From NCBI GenBank assembly GCA_964482735.1, contig CAYZYV010000002.1:22061-86060 (forward strand): 64,000 nucleotides of DNA, written 5' to 3'. Source of the DNA: an uncultured Candidatus Saccharibacteria bacterium (GTDB lineage Bacteria > Patescibacteriota > Minisyncoccia > Phycocordibacterales > UBA9973). Positions within the stretch are counted from its first letter, which is position 1. Each line of letters starts with the position of its first letter. Made by a program: the position numbers and the translations under genes. Positions 1-8,592 of this stretch are shown one piece after another. The notes under the pieces are model-generated. The model was given only the letters and a program-made list of their open reading frames with translations, did no database searches and was not told the origin of the DNA.

Positions 1-21
1 CCCAGAATATTTGAAGCCCTG

Positions 22-423
22 ATGATTCCAATTTTTTCCCTGTTTTCATTGTTTGCTTTCAATAAAGCAAAAGATAATAAAGATAAAGAAGATTCTATTT
101 ATGGGTCTATCACCGGGTTTATCTTTGGAGTCGCCCTTGGGTTATTTTTTGAACTAAAATTTGGACTTGTCTCTGGGTTAGTCTTTGGACTTATTTGTGG
201 AATCATCTTTGTATTATTTTATTACAGACTTGTCTTCGGACTGATATTTGCAATCTCCTTCGGACTGATATCTGCAATCTCCTTCGGACTTGCCTTTGGA
301 CTTGTCTCTGTGTTCGCCCTTGAGCTTATCTTTTTGATTACATTAGTGTTTAAGTTTTTATTTTCCTCAAAAACACTGGAATTAATCTTTGATTGGTTCA
401 TGGCAAAAAAAATAGAAAACTAG
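22..423 (+). CDS. Hypothetical small membrane protein with glycine-zipper (FGLxxGLxFGL) tandem repeats
   Basis: 133-aa ORF. It is very hydrophobic with repeated FGL/GxxxG motifs. The DNA carries ~27-nt tandem repeats at ~231-310. The 5' context is cut by the window edge. Confidence 0.4.
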   Translation: MIPIFSLFSLFAFNKAKDNKDKEDSIYGSITGFIFGVALGLFFELKFGLVSGLVFGLICGIIFVLFYYRLVFGLIFAISFGLISAISFGLAFGLVSVFALELIFLITLVFKFLFSSKTLELIFDWFMAKKIEN

Positions 424-441
424 AGCAGAAAATTCTGTTCT

Positions 442-474
442 AAAAAGGCTGGCGAATTTCGCCAGCCTTTTTTC
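442..474 (+). terminator. Rho-independent terminator (GC stem aaggctggcg/cgccagcctt followed by T-run)
   Basis: Perfect 10-bp GC-rich inverted repeat with a 5-nt loop and T6 tail immediately after the stop of ORF 22..423. Confidence 0.6.
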
Positions 475-570
475 TATTTAATCATGTTTTCCACGCTCTG
501 TTTTTAAAATTGTTATTTTACATATTTCATGTGCTATCGCTTACAAAATATGTAAAAGTAGGATGTAGTA

Positions 571-616
571 AAAAATAAAAAGATGGTTAGTAAATACTAG
601 CCATCTTTTTATTTTT
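571..616 (-). terminator. Bidirectional hairpin terminator downstream of gap
   Basis: Inverted repeat aagatggttag/ctagccatctt flanked by A-run and T-run, just 3' of gap stop (minus strand). Confidence 0.5.
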
Positions 617-628
617 ATTCCATTACTG

Positions 629-1672
629 CTATTTGATTGTCTTCCCTGTCTTGACCACATGGTCCATGAGTGTATGAGTATACCCCATTTCGTTGTCATA
701 CCACCCGAGAACTTTCACTAGATTTCCTCCGACAACACGAGTCATTTCTAGATCAGCGATACAGGCGTGACTTTCAGCTAAGATATCTGAAGATACAAGC
801 GGTTCATTTGTTGCTGTAAACAATTTTTCCCATCGTGGATCACTCGATGCCTTTTTCAATATCTCATTCACCTCCTCTTTTGTAGTATCTCTCTTTGCTA
901 TAAAAGTTATGTCAACGATAGAACCTGCTGGAATGGGCACACGAATAGAAATACCATCAAATAATCCTTTAAGCACTGGAAAGGCCTCTGTAACGGCTAT
1001 GGCGGCTCCTGTAGAGCTTGGAATGATATTCTCGGCTGCTGCACGACCCTCTCTCAAATCTTTCTTGCTTGGGCCGTCTACGAGAGCCTGAGTTGCAGTG
1101 TACCCGTGGACTGTGTTTAAGATAGCCTTCTCTACTCCGATTGCTTCGTGAAGAATAGCAATAAGAGGACTTGCAGCGTTTGTTGTACAAGAAGCATTGG
1201 AAGTAATATCACATGTGCCAAACTTATCTTCATTTACTCCAAGTAGAATGGTTTCCCCTTTTACAGAACTTTCTGCTCCTTTTGAAGGTGCACTGATGAC
1301 AACTTTCTTTGCTCCGCAATCAAGGTGGAATTTTGATTTATCGTATGAGGTAAATGCTCCAGTTGATTCAACTACGACATCTATTCCTAATTCTCCCCAA
1401 GGAAGTTTCGTTGTGTCTTTCTCTTGGATGTACTGTATCTTTTTACCATCTATAATAATGAAAGATTTTTCTCCTTCGTCACCTTTTTCTATTTTGATAT
1501 CATGATTCCATTTACCATAGACAGTATCGTATTTCAAAAGATAAGAAAGGCTGTCAATTGTACCAAGATCATTTATTGCAGTGACCTCTAAATCTTCTCT
1601 TTCCCATGAAAGTTTTAAAAACGCACGACCGATTCTCCCAAAACCATTTATAGCTACTTTTATTTTATTCAT
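629..1672 (-). CDS. gap: Glyceraldehyde-3-phosphate dehydrogenase
   Basis: N-terminal NAD-binding motif INGFGRIGR. Catalytic motif SNASCTTN. 347 aa. Confidence 0.9.
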   Translation of the reverse strand: MNKIKVAINGFGRIGRAFLKLSWEREDLEVTAINDLGTIDSLSYLLKYDTVYGKWNHDIKIEKGDEGEKSFIIIDGKKIQYIQEKDTTKLPWGELGIDVVVESTGAFTSYDKSKFHLDCGAKKVVISAPSKGAESSVKGETILLGVNEDKFGTCDITSNASCTTNAASPLIAILHEAIGVEKAILNTVHGYTATQALVDGPSKKDLREGRAAAENIIPSSTGAAIAVTEAFPVLKGLFDGISIRVPIPAGSIVDITFIAKRDTTKEEVNEILKKASSDPRWEKLFTATNEPLVSSDILAESHACIADLEMTRVVGGNLVKVLGWYDNEMGYTHTLMDHVVKTGKTIK

Positions 1673-1691
1673 ACTTTTTATAAAACTAATT

Positions 1692-1913
1692 TTATTCTTC
1701 TAAAAATTTAAATCTTGGACCTTTATAATTTTCTGTTTCCACATCTTCCATAAACATTTTAATAGGTCTTGCCCAAAGTTGATTTTTTCCATCTTCGTTT
1801 GGGCGGGTGTATATTACGAGTTCTAGATTGGGGACTTCACTATGTTTAGCCACACCTATAACTTCATAAATATGACCTTTATAATGTTTATATTTACCTA
1901 ATTTAATTTCCAT
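1692..1913 (-). CDS. DUF1653-like small protein
   Basis: 73 aa with the KHYKG...YEV...ARP pattern typical of the DUF1653 family. Confidence 0.45.
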   Translation of the reverse strand: MEIKLGKYKHYKGHIYEVIGVAKHSEVPNLELVIYTRPNEDGKNQLWARPIKMFMEDVETENYKGPRFKFLEE

Positions 1914-1927
1914 ACTTCTTTTTTATT

Positions 1928-2266
1928 TTAGTTACTTTTAGACCAAATTCTCTTTTTATTAATATCCTCTTTATCTCTAAAGGCTTTTTCCAAATCGATA
2001 TCAAACTTATTTGCAATAGCACAAACGAGAATAAGAACATCAGCTAGTTCTTCGTCTATTGAACCAAACTTTGAATTATGGTCAATTTGTAGGTTAGTAC
2101 CTTTTCTTATTGCTTTAAATAATTCCCCCACTTCTTCTCCAAGCATAAGACAGTTTTTAAGAACATCTTTTGTAAAACCACGTTCATTTTCTAAATCCAA
2201 TACATATTTTTGGAAATCTTGAATTGTTGGTTTTTCTTTTAAAAAAAGTTTACTTTCTTTATCCAT
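1928..2266 (-). CDS. MazG-like nucleotide pyrophosphohydrolase (small NTP-PPase)
   Basis: EEVGEL and EELADVL metal-binding motifs of the MazG/NTP-PPase fold. 112 aa. Confidence 0.6.
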   Translation of the reverse strand: MDKESKLFLKEKPTIQDFQKYVLDLENERGFTKDVLKNCLMLGEEVGELFKAIRKGTNLQIDHNSKFGSIDEELADVLILVCAIANKFDIDLEKAFRDKEDINKKRIWSKSN

Positions 2267-2270
2267 ACTC

Positions 2271-3686
2271 TTATGCTATTAATTCTTTTAATAATTTCTG
2301 AACAAGAGCAGGATTTGCAGAGCCTTTTGTCTCTTTCATAACTTGCCCAACAAGTGACATTATTGCATTTTCTTTTCCGCTTCGATAGGTCTCAACTATT
2401 GAAGGATTGCTATCAATTATTTTTTGAATGATTTCTTTTAATGCACCCTCATCATTTTTCTGTAAAAGATCTTTAGCTTCGGCGATGGCCATTGGAGAAT
2501 TATCTTCTATGACTATCATAGCTAAAATATCTTTAGCTACTCGAGAGGAAATCTTTCCTTCACTTACCATTTCTATTAATTCGGAAAAGTTTTTGGCGTC
2601 AGGTAATTTAATTTCAAGGTTCGTTTTCTTTAATCCTAAATAATCAGATGTTATGTAGTTAGAAGCGATTTTTATCTTATCGTTATTTTTAAGAGTATTC
2701 GCTACTTGTTCAAACCATAAACCTAATTCTTGGTCAGTAATATAGCTTTCTAAGTCTTCATCTTTAATTCCATAATCATTTTTGTATCTCAATCTCTTTG
2801 CACTAGGTAATTCAGGAAGCTCATTTTTTAATTTTTCTATATCAAAGATTTCAGATAAAAATAGCTTAGGTAAATCAGGATCTGGGAAATATCGATAATC
2901 ATTTGCATTTTCTTTTATTCTTTGAGAGAAGGTTGATTGTTTAGTCTCATCCCAACCTCTTGTCTCTTGCACAATTTTGTCTCCCTCCCCTTTCTCTAAG
3001 AGCTCAATCATTCTTTTTGTTTCGTATTCCGCAGCTCTTTCGACGGCCTTAAATGAGTTTATGTTTTTGACTTCTACTTTAGTTCCGAATTTATTTGGAT
3101 CATCAGAAACAGAAATGTTGAGTTCTACTCTCATTTGTCCCTTTTCCATATTTGCATCAGAAACTCCCAAATATTTTAGAAGTAACTGTAATTCTCTTCC
3201 GAAATCTCCCGCTTCTTTTGCGCTGTGTATAACAGGTTCTGTTACGAGCTCCATGAGAGGTACCCCTGCACGATTAAAATCAATCAAAGAAAAGTCACCC
3301 CTATCATGTTTAGAAGTTGCCGTGTCCTCTTCGAGGTGAACACGAGTAATTTTTACCCCATTTAACTCACCACCTGAAACTATTGGGTGTTTGTATTGAG
3401 AGATTTGATATGATTTTGGAATATCTGGGTAGAAGTAATTTTTACGGTCAAACTCGGTAAAATCTGTGATATTAGCATTTAAGGCTAAGCCAACCTTAAT
3501 TACACTTTTAACAGCTTCTTTGTTTATAACAGGCAAAGTTCCTGGGTGAGCCATACATACGGGGCAAATATTTGTGTTTGGAATTTTTTCATCTGGGTCA
3601 TTTTTGCAACCACAAAACATCTTTGAATTGGTTTTTAGTTCAGCATGTATTTCAAGCCCTATGGTAGTATAATATTCCTTTGACAT
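2271..3686 (-). CDS. gatB: Asp-tRNA(Asn)/Glu-tRNA(Gln) amidotransferase subunit B
   Basis: N-terminus TIGLEIHAELKTNSKMFCGC and DRKNYFYPD motifs. 471 aa. Confidence 0.9.
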   Translation of the reverse strand: MSKEYYTTIGLEIHAELKTNSKMFCGCKNDPDEKIPNTNICPVCMAHPGTLPVINKEAVKSVIKVGLALNANITDFTEFDRKNYFYPDIPKSYQISQYKHPIVSGGELNGVKITRVHLEEDTATSKHDRGDFSLIDFNRAGVPLMELVTEPVIHSAKEAGDFGRELQLLLKYLGVSDANMEKGQMRVELNISVSDDPNKFGTKVEVKNINSFKAVERAAEYETKRMIELLEKGEGDKIVQETRGWDETKQSTFSQRIKENANDYRYFPDPDLPKLFLSEIFDIEKLKNELPELPSAKRLRYKNDYGIKDEDLESYITDQELGLWFEQVANTLKNNDKIKIASNYITSDYLGLKKTNLEIKLPDAKNFSELIEMVSEGKISSRVAKDILAMIVIEDNSPMAIAEAKDLLQKNDEGALKEIIQKIIDSNPSIVETYRSGKENAIMSLVGQVMKETKGSANPALVQKLLKELIA

Positions 3687-3741
3687 ATAAAGAGTATAAC
3701 AGAAAACATAGCTTTTGAGAAATAAAAAAGCAGGAGAGATA

Positions 3742-3778
3742 TTTTTTATTTTTTATTTTTTATTTTTTATGCTATAAT
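3742..3778 (+). promoter_or_regulatory. Candidate promoter for tRNA-Leu: four tandem TTTTTTAT repeats (UP-like) followed by extended -10 TGcTATAAT
   Basis: The sequence attttttattttttattttttattttttatgcTATAAT ends ~20 nt before tRNA position 1. The TG lies at -15/-14 relative to the hexamer. Confidence 0.35.
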
Positions 3779-3798
3779 CCACTTCGTAGTTTGGATTT

Positions 3799-3883
3799 GC
3801 CCGAGTGGCGGAATAGGTATACGCGCACGACTTAAAATCGTGTCTCGCAAGGGATGTGGGTTCGATTCCCACCTCGGGCACCA
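3799..3883 (+). tRNA. tRNA-Leu (anticodon UAA), type II with long variable arm, encoded CCA
   Basis: Manual fold. Acceptor stem is GCCCGAG/CTCGGGC. Anticodon stem CACGA/TCGTG with loop CTTAAAA. 13-nt variable arm. T-arm GTGGG-TTCGATT-CCCAC. 3' terminus ACCA. Total 85 nt. Confidence 0.85.
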
Positions 3884-3884
3884 T

Positions 3885-3911
3885 AAAAAAAGGAGTTCAT
3901 CTCCTTTTTTT
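3885..3911. terminator. Bidirectional hairpin terminator (A7-aggag-ttcat-ctcct-T7)
   Basis: 5-bp stem flanked by symmetric A7 and T7 runs immediately after the tRNA CCA end. Confidence 0.5.
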
Positions 3912-3912
3912 A

Positions 3913-4047
3913 TGGTGCCCGAGAGAAAGCAAACTGCTTTGCTTTCGTGTGGAAATCGAAAGACTTTTCCGTATGAGCGAAGCGAGGTGGAAAAGTACCT
4001 GCCGATGTAATCGGCGATAAGCGAAGTGTTCCCACCTCGGGCACCGA
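3913..4047 (+). other. Structured ~135-nt element bounded by an inverted and a direct copy of the tRNA-Leu 3' end; candidate small RNA or integration scar
   Basis: 3913-3922 (ggtgcccgag) is the reverse complement of the tRNA 3' end. 4030-4046 (ttcccacctcgggcacc) is a 17-nt direct copy of tRNA positions 3866-3882. The interior carries four consecutive stem-loops: agcaaa/tttgct, ctttcg/cgaaag, cttttcc/ggaaaag and gccgat/atcggc. Confidence 0.3.
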
Positions 4048-4048
4048 A

Positions 4049-4079
4049 ATAAAAAACTGAGCAAAGCTCAGTTTTTTGT
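4049..4079. terminator. Bidirectional hairpin terminator (A-run ctgagc-aaa-gctcag T-run)
   Basis: Perfect 6-bp stem with A6 upstream and T6 downstream. It serves the + strand element and the minus-strand ORF 4084..4425. Confidence 0.55.
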
Positions 4080-4083
4080 AATT

Positions 4084-4425
4084 CTACTCCTCTTCTTGTT
4101 CTGTTATTGTTCTGAGTCCACTCTTAAGATTTTTTGTGTCCAACAAATCATCAGCCTTTTCATCCACAGATTTTTGAATTTGATTCAAACCTTGGCTAGC
4201 GAGATCTTTAACCAAATCTCCAGTTTTAGATTTAAAAGGATCAACAATATATTTTTTCCAAAAGTCCTGAATTTTTTCTGTTACATAGTTAATGTTTTTT
4301 TGAAACTGTTCAGACTCTATTTTGTCTTTTATGTCGACTTTAAATAATATAAGACCGAGAATGATAATGATGACCAACCCACCTAAACGTATTTGTATCC
4401 TAGGTTTTTTTGATTCATTTTCCAT
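4084..4425 (-). CDS. Hypothetical membrane-anchored small protein
   Basis: 113 aa with an N-terminal TM helix (LGGLVIIIILGLILF) and an acidic C-terminus. It sits directly upstream of the M23 peptidase gene. Confidence 0.4.
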   Translation of the reverse strand: MENESKKPRIQIRLGGLVIIIILGLILFKVDIKDKIESEQFQKNINYVTEKIQDFWKKYIVDPFKSKTGDLVKDLASQGLNQIQKSVDEKADDLLDTKNLKSGLRTITEQEEE

Positions 4426-4457
4426 ATATTATATTCTACCATTTTAATAAAAATAAT

Positions 4458-5753
4458 CTACTTTTTTAACATAGTTGAAGTTGTCTTTGGTAAATAAAGC
4501 ATAGGATCTAGATAGGATGTACTGGCAGCTATAGGCATGATAAAAGTTTTACCACTACAACTAAGGCTAGGAACTTTATCTACTTTTACCCCATCTGAAG
4601 CATAAACAGTAACGTGGAGATGTGGGCCCGTGGTGTGTCCTGTATTACCAGATAAGGCCACTAAATCCCCAGTTTTAACCCTATCACCAGATTTTGCATA
4701 AATAACAGACAAATGCCCATAAGTGCTAGATAATCCATTATCATATTTAATAAAAACCCACTTACCAAAAGAAGCACCCTTGCAATATATATCTGTATCT
4801 CCTGTCCCCACAACCGTGCCATTCCCCAGGGCGTATGTTTCGGTTCCGATAGGAGCTCTAAAATCTACTCCACTGTGTGTTCCAGAACGATATAATCTAC
4901 CTGAATCAGAGGTATATCCAAAAAGTTGAGTTATGAATATATTTTTAAGAGGCCAAGAGAAAACCACAGTACCTGGTTTTGGTAATTTTTTAGGATTCAA
5001 AATAAACTGTAGTTGGTCTTCGTAACTAGCGAGATCCTTTTCAAAAGCGTCCCTCTTCTTTATTTGTTCTGCTAATAATTTTTGGTAGTTACTTTCTTTG
5101 TTTTGAGTTTCCTTTAGAAGATTATTTTTTTCTTGTTGATTAGAAGCTATTACTTTTTCTTGCTCAGATAAATTTCTTTTAAGGTTATTTAAATTTTGTT
5201 GCTCCAACTCTTTTTCAGTTTTTGAGGCTAGGAGTTTCTCTTTTTTGTCCAGAATTTCATATATTCTATTTTTAACCTCTTGGTTTAAAGATAGGATGTC
5301 GTTATATTCCCTACTAAAATCTGATAATTTTTCACCTGATAAAAGTTTTTCTACTAAAAGAGTGTTGTCACTTTGATGCAAGCTTCTTACAGAATTAGCC
5401 AAAGCCTCTCTCGATATTATTAAAGACTTTTCTTTTGCTCCAATATCGCTAGTAATATCCTTAATTATCAAACCTGTCGCATTAATTTTTTTTTGAATTG
5501 ATTCCCTTTCCTTTACTAACTGGTTTCTTTTTAGGGTTAGCTCCTTGATTGCATTAGATAAACTTTTCTTTTCTTCACTAGTCTTTGCTATTTGATTTGA
5601 TAGATTAGCAATTTCTTTTTCTATTTTAGCAATTTGTTCGTTAGTTTGTTTTATTTGTTCTTTTACTTCTGAAGCAGTCAAGGCTATAGAAACACTTGGC
5701 CCCAAGCTTAAAATAGTAATTATAAAAATAAAATATATAACAAACTTTCGCAT
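4458..5753 (-). CDS. M23 family metallopeptidase with N-terminal coiled coil (EnvC/LytM-like)
   Basis: Signal/TM segment, a long coiled-coil region, and a C-terminal LytM domain with HxxxD, HxH-like GTHSGVDF and GHLHV motifs. Confidence 0.8.
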   Translation of the reverse strand: MRKFVIYFIFIITILSLGPSVSIALTASEVKEQIKQTNEQIAKIEKEIANLSNQIAKTSEEKKSLSNAIKELTLKRNQLVKERESIQKKINATGLIIKDITSDIGAKEKSLIISREALANSVRSLHQSDNTLLVEKLLSGEKLSDFSREYNDILSLNQEVKNRIYEILDKKEKLLASKTEKELEQQNLNNLKRNLSEQEKVIASNQQEKNNLLKETQNKESNYQKLLAEQIKKRDAFEKDLASYEDQLQFILNPKKLPKPGTVVFSWPLKNIFITQLFGYTSDSGRLYRSGTHSGVDFRAPIGTETYALGNGTVVGTGDTDIYCKGASFGKWVFIKYDNGLSSTYGHLSVIYAKSGDRVKTGDLVALSGNTGHTTGPHLHVTVYASDGVKVDKVPSLSCSGKTFIMPIAASTSYLDPMLYLPKTTSTMLKK

Positions 5754-7252
5754 TATTTTTTTAACAAGCTAATAGATATATTGAGTCGGTTTATAGTTTC
5801 TTCTTTACCTAAAATTTCAGATAAGCAAAAAGGATCTGGTGATTTATCCATTCCAGAAAGTGAGTATCTTAAAGGCCAAAGAATATCGCCTCTACCTACT
5901 TCTTCAGCATAAGGCCAAATTGTTTCTTTTACCTTTTCCTTATTGAACTCACTACTATTTATGGTCTGTAAAATTTCTATTACTTTTTCTAGATATTGAG
6001 CTAGTGTGGTATATTTATCACCTTCTATTTTACTTGATTTAAAGAATAATGAATCTCTCTCATAATCAGGTCTAACAAAATAATAATCAAGGTCTTTGTT
6101 CTCGGACATTATATTCATATCTATTCCCTTTTTAATTCTCTCCATTATTATAGGGGTTATTTTTCTTACGATTTCTTCATTGTAACCTGCTAAATTTTTT
6201 ATTCTTTCAGGGATAAAAGAAATTACATAATTTTGTTGTTCTTTATCACTCATTTTTTTCAAGTGTTCGTGGTTGATCCAATCTAATTTTTCTTCATTAA
6301 ACATACCTCCGCTTATTTGAATTTGTTTAACGTCAAAAGCAGAAATAATCTCTTCTTTGGTCATTATTTCTCTATTATCTCCAGGGTTCCAGCCAATAAA
6401 AGCCAAGAAGTTAAGCATAGCTTCTGGAAGATATCCATCTTTTGAATATTCTAAAAAGTCTTTTGCGCCATCCCTTTTTCCCAATTTTTTCTTTCCATCT
6501 TTTCCTAAGATTGGTGGCAAGGTGACGAATTCTGGCCTCTCTATTCCTAGGGCTTCGTATAAAGCCAAGAATTTGGGAGTAGAGGCGATAAACTCATCTG
6601 CTCTCATTATGTGAGTTATACCCATTTCGTAATCATCTATGATATGAGCAAAGTTGTAAGTAGGATATCCATCACTTTTAATTAGGATAAAATCATCCAA
6701 AGCTTCTGCTCCTGCTTTTAAATTACCACGGGTTACATCATTCCATTCGCTATTTTTTATATTTGTAATTTTAAGTCTTAAAGGTTTTGTTCCATCCCAA
6801 ACTGGAGGATTTTCTGGTCTGTGATTTCTATACAAAAATGGTTTCTTTTCTTCTTCAGATTTTTTTCTAAAAGACTCAAGTTCTTCTTCTGTGTATGGGT
6901 CAGCATAAGCTAAACCTTTTGCAACTAATTGGTCGGCGTATTTTTTGTATATGTCTAATCTTTTCGATTGGATGTATGATCCCACTGGGCCTTCTTTGTC
7001 GGGACCGTAATCCCAATCTAACCCAACCCACTTAAGTGATTTTATTATATGATCTATTGACCCCGAGACTTCTCTTTCTTTGTCTGTATCTTCTATACGA
7101 AGTATAAATTTACCATTATTTTTTCTAGCCCAAAGCCAAGCGTAAATTGCAGTTCTTACTCCACCTATATGTAAAAATCCTGTTGGAGAAGGAGCAAAAC
7201 GGGTAACTATTTCTTTTTTATTTTTTTCTTCCATATAAAAATTATTCTTCAT
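5753..7252 (-). CDS. gltX: Glutamyl-tRNA synthetase
   Basis: PSPTGFLHIGG (HIGH-class motif) and KLGKRDG (KMSKS-like). 499 aa. Confidence 0.9.
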   Translation of the reverse strand: MKNNFYMEEKNKKEIVTRFAPSPTGFLHIGGVRTAIYAWLWARKNNGKFILRIEDTDKEREVSGSIDHIIKSLKWVGLDWDYGPDKEGPVGSYIQSKRLDIYKKYADQLVAKGLAYADPYTEEELESFRKKSEEEKKPFLYRNHRPENPPVWDGTKPLRLKITNIKNSEWNDVTRGNLKAGAEALDDFILIKSDGYPTYNFAHIIDDYEMGITHIMRADEFIASTPKFLALYEALGIERPEFVTLPPILGKDGKKKLGKRDGAKDFLEYSKDGYLPEAMLNFLAFIGWNPGDNREIMTKEEIISAFDVKQIQISGGMFNEEKLDWINHEHLKKMSDKEQQNYVISFIPERIKNLAGYNEEIVRKITPIIMERIKKGIDMNIMSENKDLDYYFVRPDYERDSLFFKSSKIEGDKYTTLAQYLEKVIEILQTINSSEFNKEKVKETIWPYAEEVGRGDILWPLRYSLSGMDKSPDPFCLSEILGKEETINRLNISISLLKK

Positions 7253-8369
7253 GACTTAATCCGATTTCAATAGCAGATTTGGCTATCTTTTCGGCAGCAT
7301 CGTGATTAGCAAAAGACAGTGCATTCTGGCTCATCCTATTTAATCTTTCTTTGTCAGAAAGGATTCTATCGATTTCTGCCATTAAAACATTGGCTGTTAA
7401 ATTAGATTCTTCGATTACTTGGCAACCACCAGATCTCGCATAGTTGTAAGCATTCTTTCTTTGATGATCTCCGTTTGAATTAGTTATAGGGATTATAATA
7501 GAAGGAATACCCCATGAGGCTATTTCAAAAATGCCAGAACCAGCTCTTGAAATAACTAAATTTGAACAACCGGCAGCCATTCTGATATCTAAATTATTAA
7601 GAAGGGCAAGAGCTTTATACCTCGAAGAGTTTGAATCGTTTTCTAATAAAAATTTTGCTCTCGTTGTAACATCTTCAAAATTTTTTTCCCCAGTTTGATG
7701 AATGACTTGATATTTAGTTAACAGTTTAGGCAAAATATCAACAATGATATTATTTATCTTTTCCGAACCTTGAGATCCTCCTAAGATTAAAATTGTTGGC
7801 ACTTGTTCATCTAGTTTATAGTAACTATGTGCCCCATTAGGATCTCCTCTTAAAATACTTTTTCTTATTGGTTGTCCGGTAAGAGCGGTTTTTTCTTTAG
7901 GTAGATAATCTGCTGCTTCAGGCCATGACACTGCAACTTTTTTTGCGAACTTTGCAGTCCAGACATTTAGCCTTCCTGGAAAAGAATCAGACTCATGAAC
8001 TATAACTGGAATCCCTAATAATTTAGCAGCAAAAACTGCGGGAAAGGCGGCATACCCTCCTTTCGATATAACAACATCGGGGAAAATAAAATACATGACT
8101 ATGATTCCTAAAAATGCGCCCATCGCTGTCTTAAAGATATCAAAGAAGTTTCTAATAGAAAAATAAATTCTCATTTTTCCTGCAGGCACTTGAACAAAAT
8201 TAATCTTATTTTCAAAAAGCATTCTTTTGTCATACGGTTTATCAGACATATAGTAAAGTTTAAGGTCTATAACCTTTTCTTTTTCGGCTTGCTCTATTAG
8301 TTTTTCGGCTATGGCTATAAGTGGATAAAAATGACCTCCTGTCCCCCCTCCTGTAAGTAAGATTTTCAT
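7242..8369 (-). CDS. murG: UDP-N-acetylglucosamine--N-acetylmuramyl-(pentapeptide) pyrophosphoryl-undecaprenol N-acetylglucosamine transferase
   Basis: N-terminal LTGGGTGGHFYPLIA motif. 375 aa. Confidence 0.9.
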   Translation of the reverse strand: MKILLTGGGTGGHFYPLIAIAEKLIEQAEKEKVIDLKLYYMSDKPYDKRMLFENKINFVQVPAGKMRIYFSIRNFFDIFKTAMGAFLGIIVMYFIFPDVVISKGGYAAFPAVFAAKLLGIPVIVHESDSFPGRLNVWTAKFAKKVAVSWPEAADYLPKEKTALTGQPIRKSILRGDPNGAHSYYKLDEQVPTILILGGSQGSEKINNIIVDILPKLLTKYQVIHQTGEKNFEDVTTRAKFLLENDSNSSRYKALALLNNLDIRMAAGCSNLVISRAGSGIFEIASWGIPSIIIPITNSNGDHQRKNAYNYARSGGCQVIEESNLTANVLMAEIDRILSDKERLNRMSQNALSFANHDAAEKIAKSAIEIGLSHEE

Positions 8370-8542
8370 TCCTTTATAAGCGGTGCAAGGTTATTTTTTA
8401 TAATTAGCCCTGCGCGCAAAATTAACTTTATAATATATAAATTATTTTAATTTTTGTTCAAATTAAAAACTTCCACTCCTGCATTATAACCTTTTTTGGT
8501 TATTTTTTCTAGGATAAAAAACAATATAATTTTTTAATAATA

Positions 8543-8571
8543 AAAACCACCCTATAAGGTGGCTTTTAATA
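8543..8571 (-). terminator. Hairpin terminator downstream of lipoprotein gene
   Basis: ccacc-ctataa-ggtgg stem-loop with flanking A/T runs just 3' of ORF 8593..9327 on the minus strand. Confidence 0.5.
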
Positions 8572-8592
8572 TATCTTACTTTTTGAGAGAAC

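Noticed and set aside
909-1505. ORFs 909..1091(+), 969..1190(-) and 1197..1505(+) lie inside or antisense to gap. Similar internal or antisense ORFs occur throughout, for example 2428..2643, 6357..6614, 15006..15227, 24543..24845, 28863..29234, 35364..35717, 54146..54376 and 63343..63969.
   Set aside because: They fall entirely within, or antisense to, strongly supported conserved genes. They have low-complexity or biased composition and no recognisable motifs, so they are artefacts of six-frame translation.
3742-3773. Possible CRISPR or minisatellite from repeated TTTTTTAT units
   Set aside because: There are only four 8-nt units, with no spacers and no cas genes anywhere in the window. It is better explained as a promoter UP-like tract.
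3913-4047. tmRNA, SRP RNA or RNase P identity for the structured element after tRNA-Leu
   Set aside because: It is too short for tmRNA or RNase P. It lacks the conserved SRP domain IV motif and lacks a tRNA-like 5' acceptor partner. I kept it only as an unclassified structured element.
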